Positions 22,713 to 32,252 of a stretch of 64,000 nucleotides of DNA are shown one piece after another. The first letter of the stretch is position 1. Each line of letters starts with the position of its first letter. The translations under genes were made by a program, and so were the position numbers. The stretch comes from Alphaproteobacteria bacterium (GTDB taxonomy: Bacteria > Pseudomonadota > Alphaproteobacteria > MPNO01): the NCBI GenBank assembly GCA_965248835.1, contig CBDFLJ010000001.1, positions 896,001 through 960,000 of the forward strand. Direction: 5' to 3'. Below the pieces are notes generated by a model. That model made no database searches and was not told the origin of the DNA. It was given only the letters and a program-made list of their open reading frames with translations.

Positions 22713-23593
22713 GGCAGGGCTTCCTGCCGGGTAATCACGGTGTCCCGCCAGGTGCTGTAGTAGGTGCTGGCGAACAGGACGGCCGCGCCGATCCAGGTCC
22801 AGACGCCCGGCAGCTCGCCGTAGAAGAAAAAGCCGATCGCCGCGACCAGCGGCAGGCGGAGATAAAGGACCGGCGAGACCAGGCTCGCCTCGGCGGCGGC
22901 GAACGACCGCGTGATGCAGATTTGGGCACCCAGCGCCGCGACCATGAAGCCTGCGACCGAGGGCAGATCCTCGACGCCGGGCGTCACCCAGGTGAGCGCC
23001 GTCGGCACCGCCGCGATCGGGAGCTGGAGAACGAAGCCGTAGACCAGGATCATGTTGACGCTGTCCCTGCCGGACAGGAAGCGGGTCGAGACGTCGACGC
23101 CGGCGAACAGCAGCGCGGCGGTAAGCGCAACCAGCATGCCGATATGGATGTCGGCGAAGCCCGGCCGAATGATGATCAGCACCCCGCCGAAGCCCAGGAT
23201 CACCGCGACCCAGCGGTGGGCATAGAGCGGCTCCTTCAGGGCGATCGCGGCAAACACGGCGGTGAAGATCGGCAGGGTGAACTGCAGCGCCACCGAATCG
23301 GCGATGGCGATCAGGGTGACCGAGTAATAGCCGGCATAGACCGCCATGAAGGAAAAGACCGCCCGTCCGGCGTAGAACCTGAGGTTCTTGGTGCCCAGCC
23401 CGGCAATCCCGACGCGGATGATCCAGGGCAGCATGACCAGGAACCCGAAAGCGAGCCGGAAGAAGGCGATCTCGAAGACGGAGAACGTGGCCGACAGGTG
23501 GCGGACCAGCGCGAGCGTGACCGAGAACAAGATCGCCGCTCCCGTCATCCAGAGCACGCCTGCGATCGGGTTGTGGCGGATGGACGACCTCAC
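22709..23593 (-). CDS. DMT/EamA family transporter
   Basis: About 10 TM segments; EIAFFR, FT.P.F, LKE, GF.GV.IIIRPG. Confidence 0.88.
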   Translation of the reverse strand: MRSSIRHNPIAGVLWMTGAAILFSVTLALVRHLSATFSVFEIAFFRLAFGFLVMLPWIIRVGIAGLGTKNLRFYAGRAVFSFMAVYAGYYSVTLIAIADSVALQFTLPIFTAVFAAIALKEPLYAHRWVAVILGFGGVLIIIRPGFADIHIGMLVALTAALLFAGVDVSTRFLSGRDSVNMILVYGFVLQLPIAAVPTALTWVTPGVEDLPSVAGFMVAALGAQICITRSFAAAEASLVSPVLYLRLPLVAAIGFFFYGELPGVWTWIGAAVLFASTYYSTWRDTVITRQEALP

Positions 23594-23683
23594 GCGCGGA
23601 CGATCTCAATTGCTTGACTCCAGAGCACGACAGAGTGCTCATCGCGCCGGCGGGCGGGCAAGCACATTCTCGGTCGGCCGCGG

Positions 23684-24595
23684 TCAGGGGACGGGGCGCG
23701 AGAGAGTGGCCGCGTAGATCCCCGCCAGTACCAGGACGGCGCCCAGGCCATGGAACCATTCGAAGGGCTCGCCCAGAAAGATGACCGCGAGCGCCGCGGC
23801 GAACAGCGGATAAAGGTTGCCGAACACCCCGGCGGTCGCCGGACCCAGCCTGATCACCCCGGCGTTGTACATCGTGGTTCCGCACACGCTGGCGAACAGC
23901 GCCACATAGCCCAGGAACGCCAGGGTTTCCGGCGTCGCAACGAAGCTGCGGCCGGCCGCCAGCTCTGCGAGGAAGAGCGGGGCCTGGAAGACCACGCCGA
24001 GCGCGATCACGACGCTCATGAAGGACGGCATGTCGAGACTGGGCGGCTTCCAACGCATCAGGAGAATCTGCCACGACCAGACGACGACCGCGGCCAGGCA
24101 CCACAGATCGCCGGCATTGAGCCGCAGCGTCCGCAGCAGTTCAGGCTCGCCCCGCAGGACGATCAGCCCTGCGCCGGCGACCGACAGCACGACCCCGAAG
24201 ACCTGCCGGCCGGTGATGCGGGTGCGCAGGAACGCGGCCACGCTGAGCAGCACGAGTACGGGCAGCAGCGCCATGATCAGCGAGCCTTGAACCGCGGTCG
24301 TATATTGCAGCCCGACATAGTAGAGGCTGTTGAAAGCGGTGATCGAAACCGCGCTGAAAACCACGAAGAACCGCCAATGCGTAAGGAACACCGCGCGCTG
24401 CCGCCAGACCCGGCGGGCGGTAAAGGGAAGGAAGATCGCCAGGGCCAGCGACCAGCGCCAGAAGTTGAACGTGAGCGGCGGCACATCGACCAGCATGGCC
24501 GCCCGGGTCACCGAGACGTTGCCCGCCCACAGCACGAGCGCGGTCGTCAGGAGTGCGCAGCCGATGACGAGGTCGCGGTTCAACGGTCCGCTCAC
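23684..24595 (-). CDS. DMT/EamA family transporter
   Basis: LWAGN, FWRW..A, LYYVGLQYTTA, GDLW, NL.P.F..L..LGE. Confidence 0.88.
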   Translation of the reverse strand: MSGPLNRDLVIGCALLTTALVLWAGNVSVTRAAMLVDVPPLTFNFWRWSLALAIFLPFTARRVWRQRAVFLTHWRFFVVFSAVSITAFNSLYYVGLQYTTAVQGSLIMALLPVLVLLSVAAFLRTRITGRQVFGVVLSVAGAGLIVLRGEPELLRTLRLNAGDLWCLAAVVVWSWQILLMRWKPPSLDMPSFMSVVIALGVVFQAPLFLAELAAGRSFVATPETLAFLGYVALFASVCGTTMYNAGVIRLGPATAGVFGNLYPLFAAALAVIFLGEPFEWFHGLGAVLVLAGIYAATLSRPVP

Positions 24596-24610
24596 GACGT
24601 CCCGAAAGCC

Positions 24611-26947
24611 CTATTCCGCCAGCCGGGTCCGGGCCTTGCGGATCGCCTGCCAGATCCGCTCGGGCGTCGCCGGCATCGCGATGTCGTCGATGCCCAGCGG
24701 CGCCAGCGCATCAAGGACCGCGCTCATCGTCGCCGGCAGCGCGCCGGTCGGCCCCGACTCGCCGACGCCCTTGGTTCCCAGCGGATTGGACGCCGTCGGC
24801 TGGGGCAGGCTGGCGACCTCGATCGGGCTCAGGTCATCGGCCCGCGGCAGGGTGTAGTCCATCAGCGAGCCGGTCAGCAGTTGGCCCGAGTCCGGCTCGA
24901 AGCGGATGTCTTCCAGCAGCGCCTGGCCGATCCCTTGCGCGATCCCGCCATGCATCTGGCCGTAATAGAGCATCGGGTTGATGACCGTGCCGGCATCGCT
25001 GATGCAGACGAACCGCTCGACCGCCACGGCGCCGGTCTCGGGGTCGATCTCGACCTCGCAGACCTGCACCGAACTCGGCCAGTTCCAATAGCGCGGCGCA
25101 TAAAAGCCCTGCGCGCCGAAGCCGGGCTCGATGTCGGGCGGCAGGCGCTGCGGCGCGAAGGCGGCCTCGACCACATCGTCCAGGCCGACGCGGCGGTCGG
25201 TTCCACCGACCACGAAATCGCCGACATCGAAGGCGATGTCGGAAGCGGCGGCTTCGAGCAGGTGGGCTGCAATCCGCCTGCCCTTGTCGATGAGCTTGTC
25301 CGCGGCAACCGCGATCGCCGCCCCACCGATGGTCAGCGAACGTGAGTTGAAGGTGCCCTTGCCGTAGGAGGCGACATCGGTGTCGCCCTGGACGAACCGG
25401 ATCGCCTCCGGCGCCACGCCCAGGCGCTGGCACAGGATCTGCTTGAACACCGTCTCATGGCCCTGACCGTGGCTGATGGTGCCCATGATCAGGGCGATCG
25501 TGCCCGACGGATCGAAGCGGATTTCCGCGCCCTCGATGTTGGGGCTGGAGGTCTTCTTGATCGTGGTGGCGAGCCCGATGCCGCGCAGCCTGCCGCGCCC
25601 GGCGGACTGCGCGCGCCGGCCGGCGAAGCCGCCATAAGCGGACCGATCGAGCGCGCGCTCCAGGTTCGCCGGGAAGTCGCCCACGTCATAGACGTAGCCC
25701 AGCGCGTTGGTCCACGGCATCATCGCCGGCGTGACCGCGTTGCGGCGGCGGATCTCCGCCCGGTCCAGCTTGAGCGTGCGCGCGGCGATATCGACCATGT
25801 GCTCGGTGACGTAGGCGGCTTCCGGCGCGCCGGAGCCGCGATAGGGCGAGGTCGAGGTGGTGTTGGTGAACACCCCCGTCACCTCGACCAGGACCGCCGG
25901 GGTCCGGTAGATCCCGGCGAGCGTGCCCAGGTTGCCGACCGGCGGACGCGGCCCGCGCACCGATAGATAGGCGCCGAGATTGGCGCGCGTTGCGATCTTG
26001 AGCGCCAGAAACCGGCCGTCGTCGTCGAAGGCGAGCGTGAGCGTGCTGGTGTTGTCGCGGGCGTGGTCGTCGGTGGCGAACCCCTCGGTCCGGCTGGAGA
26101 CCCATTTGACCGGCCGGCCGATGCGCCGGGCCGCCCACAGCACCAGCACCAGCTCGCGGTAGTTGCCGCCGCGCATTCCGAAGCTGCCGCCGATGTCGCC
26201 GCTGACCACCCGGATCCCGGTCTCCTTCACGCCGAAGACGTTCAAGGCGAGCTCGCTCCTCACCTGATGAGGGTTCTGCAGGCCGGTATGCAGCGTGTAG
26301 CGGTCCGCTCGCCGATCGTATTCGCCGATGCAGCCGCGCGGCTCCATCGTGACCGCGGTGATCCGGTTGACCACCAGATCGCGGTCGACGACGTGCGGCG
26401 CGGCGGCCACCGCCGCCTCGACGGCCGCAGCATCGCCTTCGCCGTGGGAGAAGCAGATATTGTCCGGGCAGTCCTGCCACACCGCCGGCGCGCCCGGCGC
26501 CAGCGCATCGGCGATCGAGGCGACGGCGGGCAGCGGCGCGTAGTCGACCTCGATCAGCGACGCGGCATCGAGCGCCTGGGCCTCGGTCTCGGCAACGACG
26601 AAGGCGACGTAATCGCCGACGAACCTGACTCTGTCGGCGACCAGGGCGGGCTGCGGCGGCCGCGCCATCGGGCTGCCGTCGGGCCGGGTGCCGTCCTCCT
26701 CGCATTGCAGCGAGCCCAGCCCGTCGGCCTGCACGTCGCGGCCGGTCAACACGGCCAGCACGCCCGGTGCAGCGGCGGCCCGCGCCGTATCGACCCGGCC
26801 GATCGCGGCATGTGCGTGCGGCGAGCGGAGCACCGCGCCGTGGACCTGGCCGGGCAGCGACAGGTCGTCGAGAAACGCCCCGCGGCCGGTGAGCAGCCTC
26901 CGGTCCTCCTCGCGGGGAACCGGGCTGCCGATTGCGAAGCCGCTCAT
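24611..26947 (-). CDS. Xanthine dehydrogenase-family molybdopterin-binding (large) subunit
   Basis: REEDRRLLTGRG, RSPHAHA, MEPRG, IGGSFG, YRG.G..E, HGQGHET, GQMHGG.AQG.G, KGVGESG. Confidence 0.92.
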   Translation of the reverse strand: MSGFAIGSPVPREEDRRLLTGRGAFLDDLSLPGQVHGAVLRSPHAHAAIGRVDTARAAAAPGVLAVLTGRDVQADGLGSLQCEEDGTRPDGSPMARPPQPALVADRVRFVGDYVAFVVAETEAQALDAASLIEVDYAPLPAVASIADALAPGAPAVWQDCPDNICFSHGEGDAAAVEAAVAAAPHVVDRDLVVNRITAVTMEPRGCIGEYDRRADRYTLHTGLQNPHQVRSELALNVFGVKETGIRVVSGDIGGSFGMRGGNYRELVLVLWAARRIGRPVKWVSSRTEGFATDDHARDNTSTLTLAFDDDGRFLALKIATRANLGAYLSVRGPRPPVGNLGTLAGIYRTPAVLVEVTGVFTNTTSTSPYRGSGAPEAAYVTEHMVDIAARTLKLDRAEIRRRNAVTPAMMPWTNALGYVYDVGDFPANLERALDRSAYGGFAGRRAQSAGRGRLRGIGLATTIKKTSSPNIEGAEIRFDPSGTIALIMGTISHGQGHETVFKQILCQRLGVAPEAIRFVQGDTDVASYGKGTFNSRSLTIGGAAIAVAADKLIDKGRRIAAHLLEAAASDIAFDVGDFVVGGTDRRVGLDDVVEAAFAPQRLPPDIEPGFGAQGFYAPRYWNWPSSVQVCEVEIDPETGAVAVERFVCISDAGTVINPMLYYGQMHGGIAQGIGQALLEDIRFEPDSGQLLTGSLMDYTLPRADDLSPIEVASLPQPTASNPLGTKGVGESGPTGALPATMSAVLDALAPLGIDDIAMPATPERIWQAIRKARTRLAE

Positions 26948-26971
26948 CCCCGACGGGTCGCCGGCGCCGGT

Positions 26972-28144
26972 CTATTCGGCGGCGATGAGCTCCGGCTGCT
27001 CGATGTGGGACTCGTGCAGCGCCGGCATGACCTCGCGGGCGAACAGCTCCATGTTGGCCTGGGTCAGATCCGCGGGCAGGGTGCCGAACTGGCACAGCGC
27101 CAGCAGATTGCCCAGCGCGATCGTCCGCTGACAGTCGAGCAGCTTGTTGCGCACCGTATCGGGGCTGCCGACGATCACCACCTCGTTCTCGATCAGGGTC
27201 TCGATCGACTGCTGCCTGATGATGGACGACTTGTGCTTGAGCACGTTCTTCAGCGAGGCGATGGAGGTATAGCCCGGCGGCAGCAGCATCTCCGGGGGGT
27301 TGCGCAGGAACTTGTTGGCAAAGGCCTCGATGTGGGGCCGAGCCTCGTCGATCGCCTTCTGGTCGGTGTCGGCGACGTAGATCGGCACCAGCCAGCCGAG
27401 CTGGTCCGGCGTGGCCTCGTAGCCGTATTCGCGCGCCTTGTCGCGGTAGCCGGTCATGAACTTGCAGACCGACCGGAACGGGCTGTAGGTCTGCATATAG
27501 GTGTATTTGCGGTCCGGGTGCGCGGTCCAGTCGATGGTCTCGTAGGAACCCTGCGAGGGGCACCAGATCGGCGGGTGAGGCTTCTGGTAGGGCCTCGGCC
27601 ACAAGTTGACGTACTCGAAGTGGTAGTGCTCGCCCTCGAAGGCGAAGGGGCCCTCGCGGGTCCAGGCCTGAATCACCAGGTCATGCGCCTCGTGGAAGCG
27701 GTCATGCGAGAAGGCCGGGTTGGCGCCCATCGAGTAGTACTCGCAGCCGATGCCGCGGACCATGCCGCTGATCAGCCGCCCGCCGGTGATGCAATCGATC
27801 ATCGCATGCTCTTCGGCCAGGGTCAGCGGGTGCTCCCTTATACCGAAAGCGGATCCGACGATCGCGATCTTTGCGCGCGTGGTCCGCCGGGCGAGCGCGG
27901 ATGCGGTCACGATCGGCGAGGGCATGATGCCGTAGGCGTTCTGATGGTGCTCGTTCACGCACAGCCCGTCGAAGCCGAGCTCTTCGCCGTATTCGAGCTC
28001 GTCCAGATAGCGGTTGTAGAGTTCGTGCCCCTTCTCGGGGTCGAAATAGCTGTTGGGGAGCACTACCCAGGCCGACCGGTACTTCTTGTCGTAGTCCAAG
28101 TCGAGATAGGCATAGGGCATCAGGTGGAAGAGGAAGACTTTCAT
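26972..28144 (-). CDS. LLM-class flavin-dependent oxidoreductase/monooxygenase
   Basis: ELGFDG..VNEHHQ, MPSP, AEE.AMID..TGGRL, WPRPYQKPHPPIW, VGSPDTV. Confidence 0.9.
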   Translation of the reverse strand: MKVFLFHLMPYAYLDLDYDKKYRSAWVVLPNSYFDPEKGHELYNRYLDELEYGEELGFDGLCVNEHHQNAYGIMPSPIVTASALARRTTRAKIAIVGSAFGIREHPLTLAEEHAMIDCITGGRLISGMVRGIGCEYYSMGANPAFSHDRFHEAHDLVIQAWTREGPFAFEGEHYHFEYVNLWPRPYQKPHPPIWCPSQGSYETIDWTAHPDRKYTYMQTYSPFRSVCKFMTGYRDKAREYGYEATPDQLGWLVPIYVADTDQKAIDEARPHIEAFANKFLRNPPEMLLPPGYTSIASLKNVLKHKSSIIRQQSIETLIENEVVIVGSPDTVRNKLLDCQRTIALGNLLALCQFGTLPADLTQANMELFAREVMPALHESHIEQPELIAAE

Positions 28145-28373
28145 GGCATCACCCGCAATGTCTGTACGCCGAGTTTACGCGAGCCGGCGGTGCGCGACAA
28201 CGGGCCAGCCGGCGCGCGTGGATCGCGCCCTTGTCGATGCCGACCGGTGCTGCCACTGTTCGCCCCGCCGCCGAAGCCGATATCGATCCGTTGAGAATGC
28301 CCGGCCAAAACCGCCCGCCACCCCTGACCGTCCTGCAGCGCGCGCGCAGCTCGGAACATGCGGAGACCGCGCG

Positions 28374-29285
28374 TTGATCGCGTCGGCCGGCCGGCGGTTT
28401 GCATCCCTGCCCGCGGGCTTCCGCGGCATGCTGTGGATGTCCGCGGCCTCGTTCTTCTTTGCCATGGTCTATGTCGTGATCCGCCGGCTGTCGCAGTCCG
28501 TGCCGATCGAGGAGCTGGTCTTCCTGCGCGCGGTCATGGGGATTGCAGTGATGACCCCGTGGCTCGCGCGCGAGGGGCTTGCCGCGCTCAAGACCGTCCA
28601 GCCGGGCATGCATATCGGCCGCACCGCGTTCAGCTATTCGGGGATGATCTGCTGGTTCTACGCGCTGGCCAACATGCCGCTGGCCGATGCGACCTCGCTG
28701 ATGTTCCTGCTGCCGATCTTCACCGTGCTGCTGGCCGCGACCTTCCTGCGCGAACGGGTGGGCGCGCTGCGCTGGGCGGCGACGTTGGGCGGGTTCGCGG
28801 GCGCCTTGATCATCATCCGCCCCGGGCTGGTCGCGGTGAGCCTGGCGGCCGCCGCCGCGCTCTACACGGCATTCTCATACGCCGCGGCGAACGCGATGAT
28901 CAAGTCGATCCTCAAGACCGAGGGCTCGAACGCGGTGGTCTTCTACACCTTCGCCGGGCTCGCGGTCGCCTCGGCCGGGCCGGCGATCGCATCCTGGCAG
29001 ACGCCGGCGTGGTCGGACGTCTCGTGGATCCTGGTCTTTGGCCTGCTCTCGGTCGCAGCCGCCCAATGCATCACCCGCTCGCTCGCCGCGGCACCGGCGA
29101 GCGTGGTGGTTCCCTTCCAGTTCCTCAAGCTCCCCTTCGTTGCCGCGGTTGCGCTGCTGTGGTTCGCCGAGGCGCCCGATCCCTGGACCTGGACCGGCGC
29201 GCTGGTGATCTTCGCCAGCACCTATGCCATCGTCCGCCGCGAGGCCACCGAGCAGCGCGGCGGGCTGGGCACTCGTCCAGGGTGA
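28374..29285 (+). CDS. DMT/EamA family transporter
   Basis: GGAG SD then TTG 28374. ELVFLR, F..P.F, FLRERVG..RW, IIRPG. Confidence 0.85.
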   Translation: MIASAGRRFASLPAGFRGMLWMSAASFFFAMVYVVIRRLSQSVPIEELVFLRAVMGIAVMTPWLAREGLAALKTVQPGMHIGRTAFSYSGMICWFYALANMPLADATSLMFLLPIFTVLLAATFLRERVGALRWAATLGGFAGALIIIRPGLVAVSLAAAAALYTAFSYAAANAMIKSILKTEGSNAVVFYTFAGLAVASAGPAIASWQTPAWSDVSWILVFGLLSVAAAQCITRSLAAAPASVVVPFQFLKLPFVAAVALLWFAEAPDPWTWTGALVIFASTYAIVRREATEQRGGLGTRPG

Positions 29286-29327
29286 GGCGCTGCGGCCCGG
29301 TCCGACTCGATCGGGCCGCGACCGGCT

Positions 29328-29792
29328 CTATTCCGGCCGGCCGGCCATCATCCGGACTGCGCGGTAGGTCATGACCGTCTCGCCGTCCTGGTTGAGGACG
29401 TCGTTGGTTGTGGTCACGATCCCGCGGTTGCCCTTGCTGGTCGGGCGGATGTGGACGACCTCGACCTCGGCATGGACGGTGTCCCCGGCGAAGACCGGCT
29501 TGAGCACCTTCTTTTCCACCTCCAGGAGGGCGAGCCCCGTGGTCTGCATGCTGGCCTGGCACAACAGCCCCTCGATGATGGTGTAGGTGCAGGCCGCCGG
29601 CACCACCCGGCCCTTGAGCACGCCGTGCCCTTGGTTGAACGACAGGTCGGTGAAGATCGTCTCGACCATGCCGGTCACGCCGATGAAGTTAACGATATCG
29701 GGCTCGGTGATGGTGCGGTTCAGGGTCTTGAAGCGATCGCCGACGGCAAGATCGTTCCAGTAGAACCCGATGCCGATGGTCTTGAGGGTCAT
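29328..29792 (-). CDS. MaoC family (hotdog) dehydratase
   Basis: DL.VGD.F.T..RTITE.D, PVF.GDT, RGIV, NQ.GE.V. Confidence 0.88.
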   Translation of the reverse strand: MTLKTIGIGFYWNDLAVGDRFKTLNRTITEPDIVNFIGVTGMVETIFTDLSFNQGHGVLKGRVVPAACTYTIIEGLLCQASMQTTGLALLEVEKKVLKPVFAGDTVHAEVEVVHIRPTSKGNRGIVTTTNDVLNQDGETVMTYRAVRMMAGRPE

Positions 29793-31009
29793 GCGTTTCC
29801 TTTCTCGGGCCGTCCGTCGCGGGCGGCGCCTGACCGGAACATCGCCGCGATCTCGTCTTGATCAAGCCCCGCCTCGGCCAGGACCTCGGCGCTGTGCTCG
29901 CCGAGCTTGGGCTGCAGCCGGCCGATCGCGCCGGGCGAAGCGGTGAACCGGACCGGGATGCCGGGCATCACGATGCCGCCCTCGGTCGGGTGTTCGGCGG
30001 TCTCGAAGAACCCCACGGCCCGCAAATGCGGGTCCTTCGGCAAGTCGTCCAGCGCGGTGATCGGCGCCGCCGGGATGTCGAGCCCGGCCAACAGCTTCAG
30101 CCAGTCCGTCGAGCTTCGCTCGGCGAAGCATTCGCCGGCCAGGCGGTAGAGCTCCTCGATATTGTCGTTGCGGCTGGCGAGGCTGGAAAACCGCGGATCC
30201 TCGGCAAGCGCCGGCAATTCGACCGCCTCCCAGAACCGGCGCCACTGGTCGTCGGTATAGGCCAGCATGCACACATGTCCGTCGCTTGTCCGATAGGGCC
30301 GGCGCCACGTGGCGAGCACGCGGGGGTAGCCGGCGGTGCCTTCCGGCGGCGAGAAGCTCAGCCCGTAAAGGTGCTCGGTGAGGTTGAAGGCCGCCATGGT
30401 CTCGAACATCGGGATCTCGACGAACTGGCCCTGACCGGTGCGCTCGCGGTGCAGCAGCGCGGCCATCACCGCATAGGCCGCGACCAAAGCGCAGGTCTTG
30501 TCGGCGATGATGGTCGGCATGTAGCGCGGCTCGCCGACCAGCCGCGCCATCAGATCGGCGCTGCCGCTCTGCCCCTGGATGACGTCGTCATAGGCCGGCG
30601 CCCCGGCATAGGGACCTTGGGAGAGATAGCCGTGCAGCCCGGCATAGACGATCCGCGGGTTTGCCGCCAGCACCGCCGGGTGATCGAAGCCGAGCCGGGC
30701 GATCTTCTGCGGCCGGATCGAGTGCACGAACACGTCCGCGTCGGCGATCAGGCGCCACAGGGCGTCGCGCGCGTTCTGCTTCTTCAGGTCGAGCACCACC
30801 GAGCGCTTGTTGCGGTTCACGCCCAGGAACAGGGCCGCCATATCCCCGGACCGCGCCGGTCCGGTGCGCCGCGTCGTGTCGCCCTCTGGCGCCTCGATCT
30901 TGATCACGTCGGCGCCCATATCGCCCATGATCTGGGTCGCGAGCGGACCCAGGATCACCGAGCTGAGGTCGAGGACGCGGATGCCGGCGAGCGGCCCAAA
31001 CGTGCTCAT
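29789..31009 (-). CDS. CaiB/BaiF (family III) CoA-transferase
   Basis: [43 protein letters not shown]. Confidence 0.92.
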   Translation of the reverse strand: MSTFGPLAGIRVLDLSSVILGPLATQIMGDMGADVIKIEAPEGDTTRRTGPARSGDMAALFLGVNRNKRSVVLDLKKQNARDALWRLIADADVFVHSIRPQKIARLGFDHPAVLAANPRIVYAGLHGYLSQGPYAGAPAYDDVIQGQSGSADLMARLVGEPRYMPTIIADKTCALVAAYAVMAALLHRERTGQGQFVEIPMFETMAAFNLTEHLYGLSFSPPEGTAGYPRVLATWRRPYRTSDGHVCMLAYTDDQWRRFWEAVELPALAEDPRFSSLASRNDNIEELYRLAGECFAERSSTDWLKLLAGLDIPAAPITALDDLPKDPHLRAVGFFETAEHPTEGGIVMPGIPVRFTASPGAIGRLQPKLGEHSAEVLAEAGLDQDEIAAMFRSGAARDGRPEKGNA

Positions 31010-32037
31010 GCGCCCGCCTCCAGCGGCCAGCGAGGCCGGGGCGCGAAGTCGAGCCCGTCGGTCAGCCCCAGCGCCAGCCGCTCGATCCCGGCCCAGGCGA
31101 TCATCACGCCGTTATCGGTACACAGAGGCGGCGGCGGCGCGACGAAGGCGAACCCGTTTTCGGCCGCCAGCGCCTCCAGCCGGGTGCGCAGATCGGCATT
31201 TGCGGCCACGCCGCCGGCGATGACCAGCGTCCGGCCGTCGGGGAAGTCGGCCCGGAAGGCGGTAATCGCGTTGCGGCAGCGGTCGGCCAACACGTCGCCG
31301 ACGGCCTGCTGGAAAGCGGCGCACAGATCGGCGACATCGGCCGGCCGCAGCGGGCCGGGCGGCAGCGCCTCGACGGCGTGACGCACGGCGGTCTTGAGCC
31401 CGGAAAACGAGAAATCGCAACCCGGCCGGCCGGCGAGCGGACGCGGCAGGGCGAATCGCTGCGGATCTCCGGCCCGCGCCGCGCGCTCGACGGCCGGCCC
31501 GCCGGGAAAGCCCAGCCCGAGCATCTTTCCGGTCTTATCGAAGGCCTCGCCCACCGCATCGTCGATGGTCGTGCCCAGCCGATGGTAACGCCCGACCGCC
31601 TCGACGGCGACGAACTGACAATGCCCGCCCGAGACCAGGAGTGCGAGATAGGGAAAGGCGACGGACGCGCTGAGCCGCGGGGTCAGCACGTGGGCTTCGA
31701 GATGATTGATCGCAAGGAACGGCAGGTCGTGCGCGGCAGCGATCGCCTTGCCGGTCATCGCGCCGACGAGCACGCCGCCGATCAGCCCAGGCCCCCCGGT
31801 CGCCGCCACCGCGTCGAGATCGGCAAACCCGATCCCGGCATCGGCCATCGCCCGGCGGATCACCGCATCGATCACCTCCAGGTGGGCGCGGGCGGCGATC
31901 TCCGGCACCACGCCGCCGAAGTCGCGGTGGGCATCGAGCTGATCGCGCACCACCTCGGCGAGGATACGCCTGTCGCCATCGACCACGGCGGCGGCGGTCT
32001 CATCGCAGCTCGTCTCGATGCCAAGCACCAGGGTCAT
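31006..32037 (-). CDS. tsaD: tRNA N6-adenosine threonylcarbamoyltransferase
   Basis: [68 protein letters not shown]. Confidence 0.98.
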   Translation of the reverse strand: MTLVLGIETSCDETAAAVVDGDRRILAEVVRDQLDAHRDFGGVVPEIAARAHLEVIDAVIRRAMADAGIGFADLDAVAATGGPGLIGGVLVGAMTGKAIAAAHDLPFLAINHLEAHVLTPRLSASVAFPYLALLVSGGHCQFVAVEAVGRYHRLGTTIDDAVGEAFDKTGKMLGLGFPGGPAVERAARAGDPQRFALPRPLAGRPGCDFSFSGLKTAVRHAVEALPPGPLRPADVADLCAAFQQAVGDVLADRCRNAITAFRADFPDGRTLVIAGGVAANADLRTRLEALAAENGFAFVAPPPPLCTDNGVMIAWAGIERLALGLTDGLDFAPRPRWPLEAGA

Positions 32038-32204
32038 GGCTCCTCGCGAGCCGGCGGCGCGCGCCGGGCGGTGCGCGCGACGGTTTTTTCGCTCGCCCGG
32101 TCATACGCCTTGCCGGTCGGGCGGCGCTTGGCGCCCAGCGCCCTCAGCGTCCGCCAGTACGGGTCGCGCGGCGCGGCGGCAGGCTTTTTCGGCTTCTTTG
32201 ACAT
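32034..32204 (-). CDS. Small basic hypothetical protein (56 aa) translationally coupled to tsaD
   Basis: ATG 32204: [56 protein letters not shown]. Mostly G/C third positions. Its TGA overlaps the tsaD ATG (ATGA). Confidence 0.6.
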   Translation of the reverse strand: MSKKPKKPAAAPRDPYWRTLRALGAKRRPTGKAYDRASEKTVARTARRAPPAREEP

Positions 32205-32252
32205 CGTTCCGTTTATGGCCGCATATGGCTCGGTTGCTGACGGCGGTGGGCG

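Noticed and set aside
23620-23642. CIRCE heat-shock element
   Set aside because: The half-sites only partly resemble TTAGCACTC/GAGTGCTAA, the spacing is wrong, and the downstream genes are not chaperones.
20613-24104. Apparent 1163-aa hydantoinase fusion
   Set aside because: The first ~464 codons overlap two DMT genes in another frame. The real gene starts at TTG 22712.
24611-26947. Calling this gene coxL (aerobic CO dehydrogenase)
   Set aside because: No AYxCSFR motif and no coxM/coxS or accessory genes nearby.
12758-31009. Integrative element or prophage at tRNA-Ser
   Set aside because: No integrase, phage or conjugation genes, no duplicated tRNA 3' end found by eye, and no evident composition shift.
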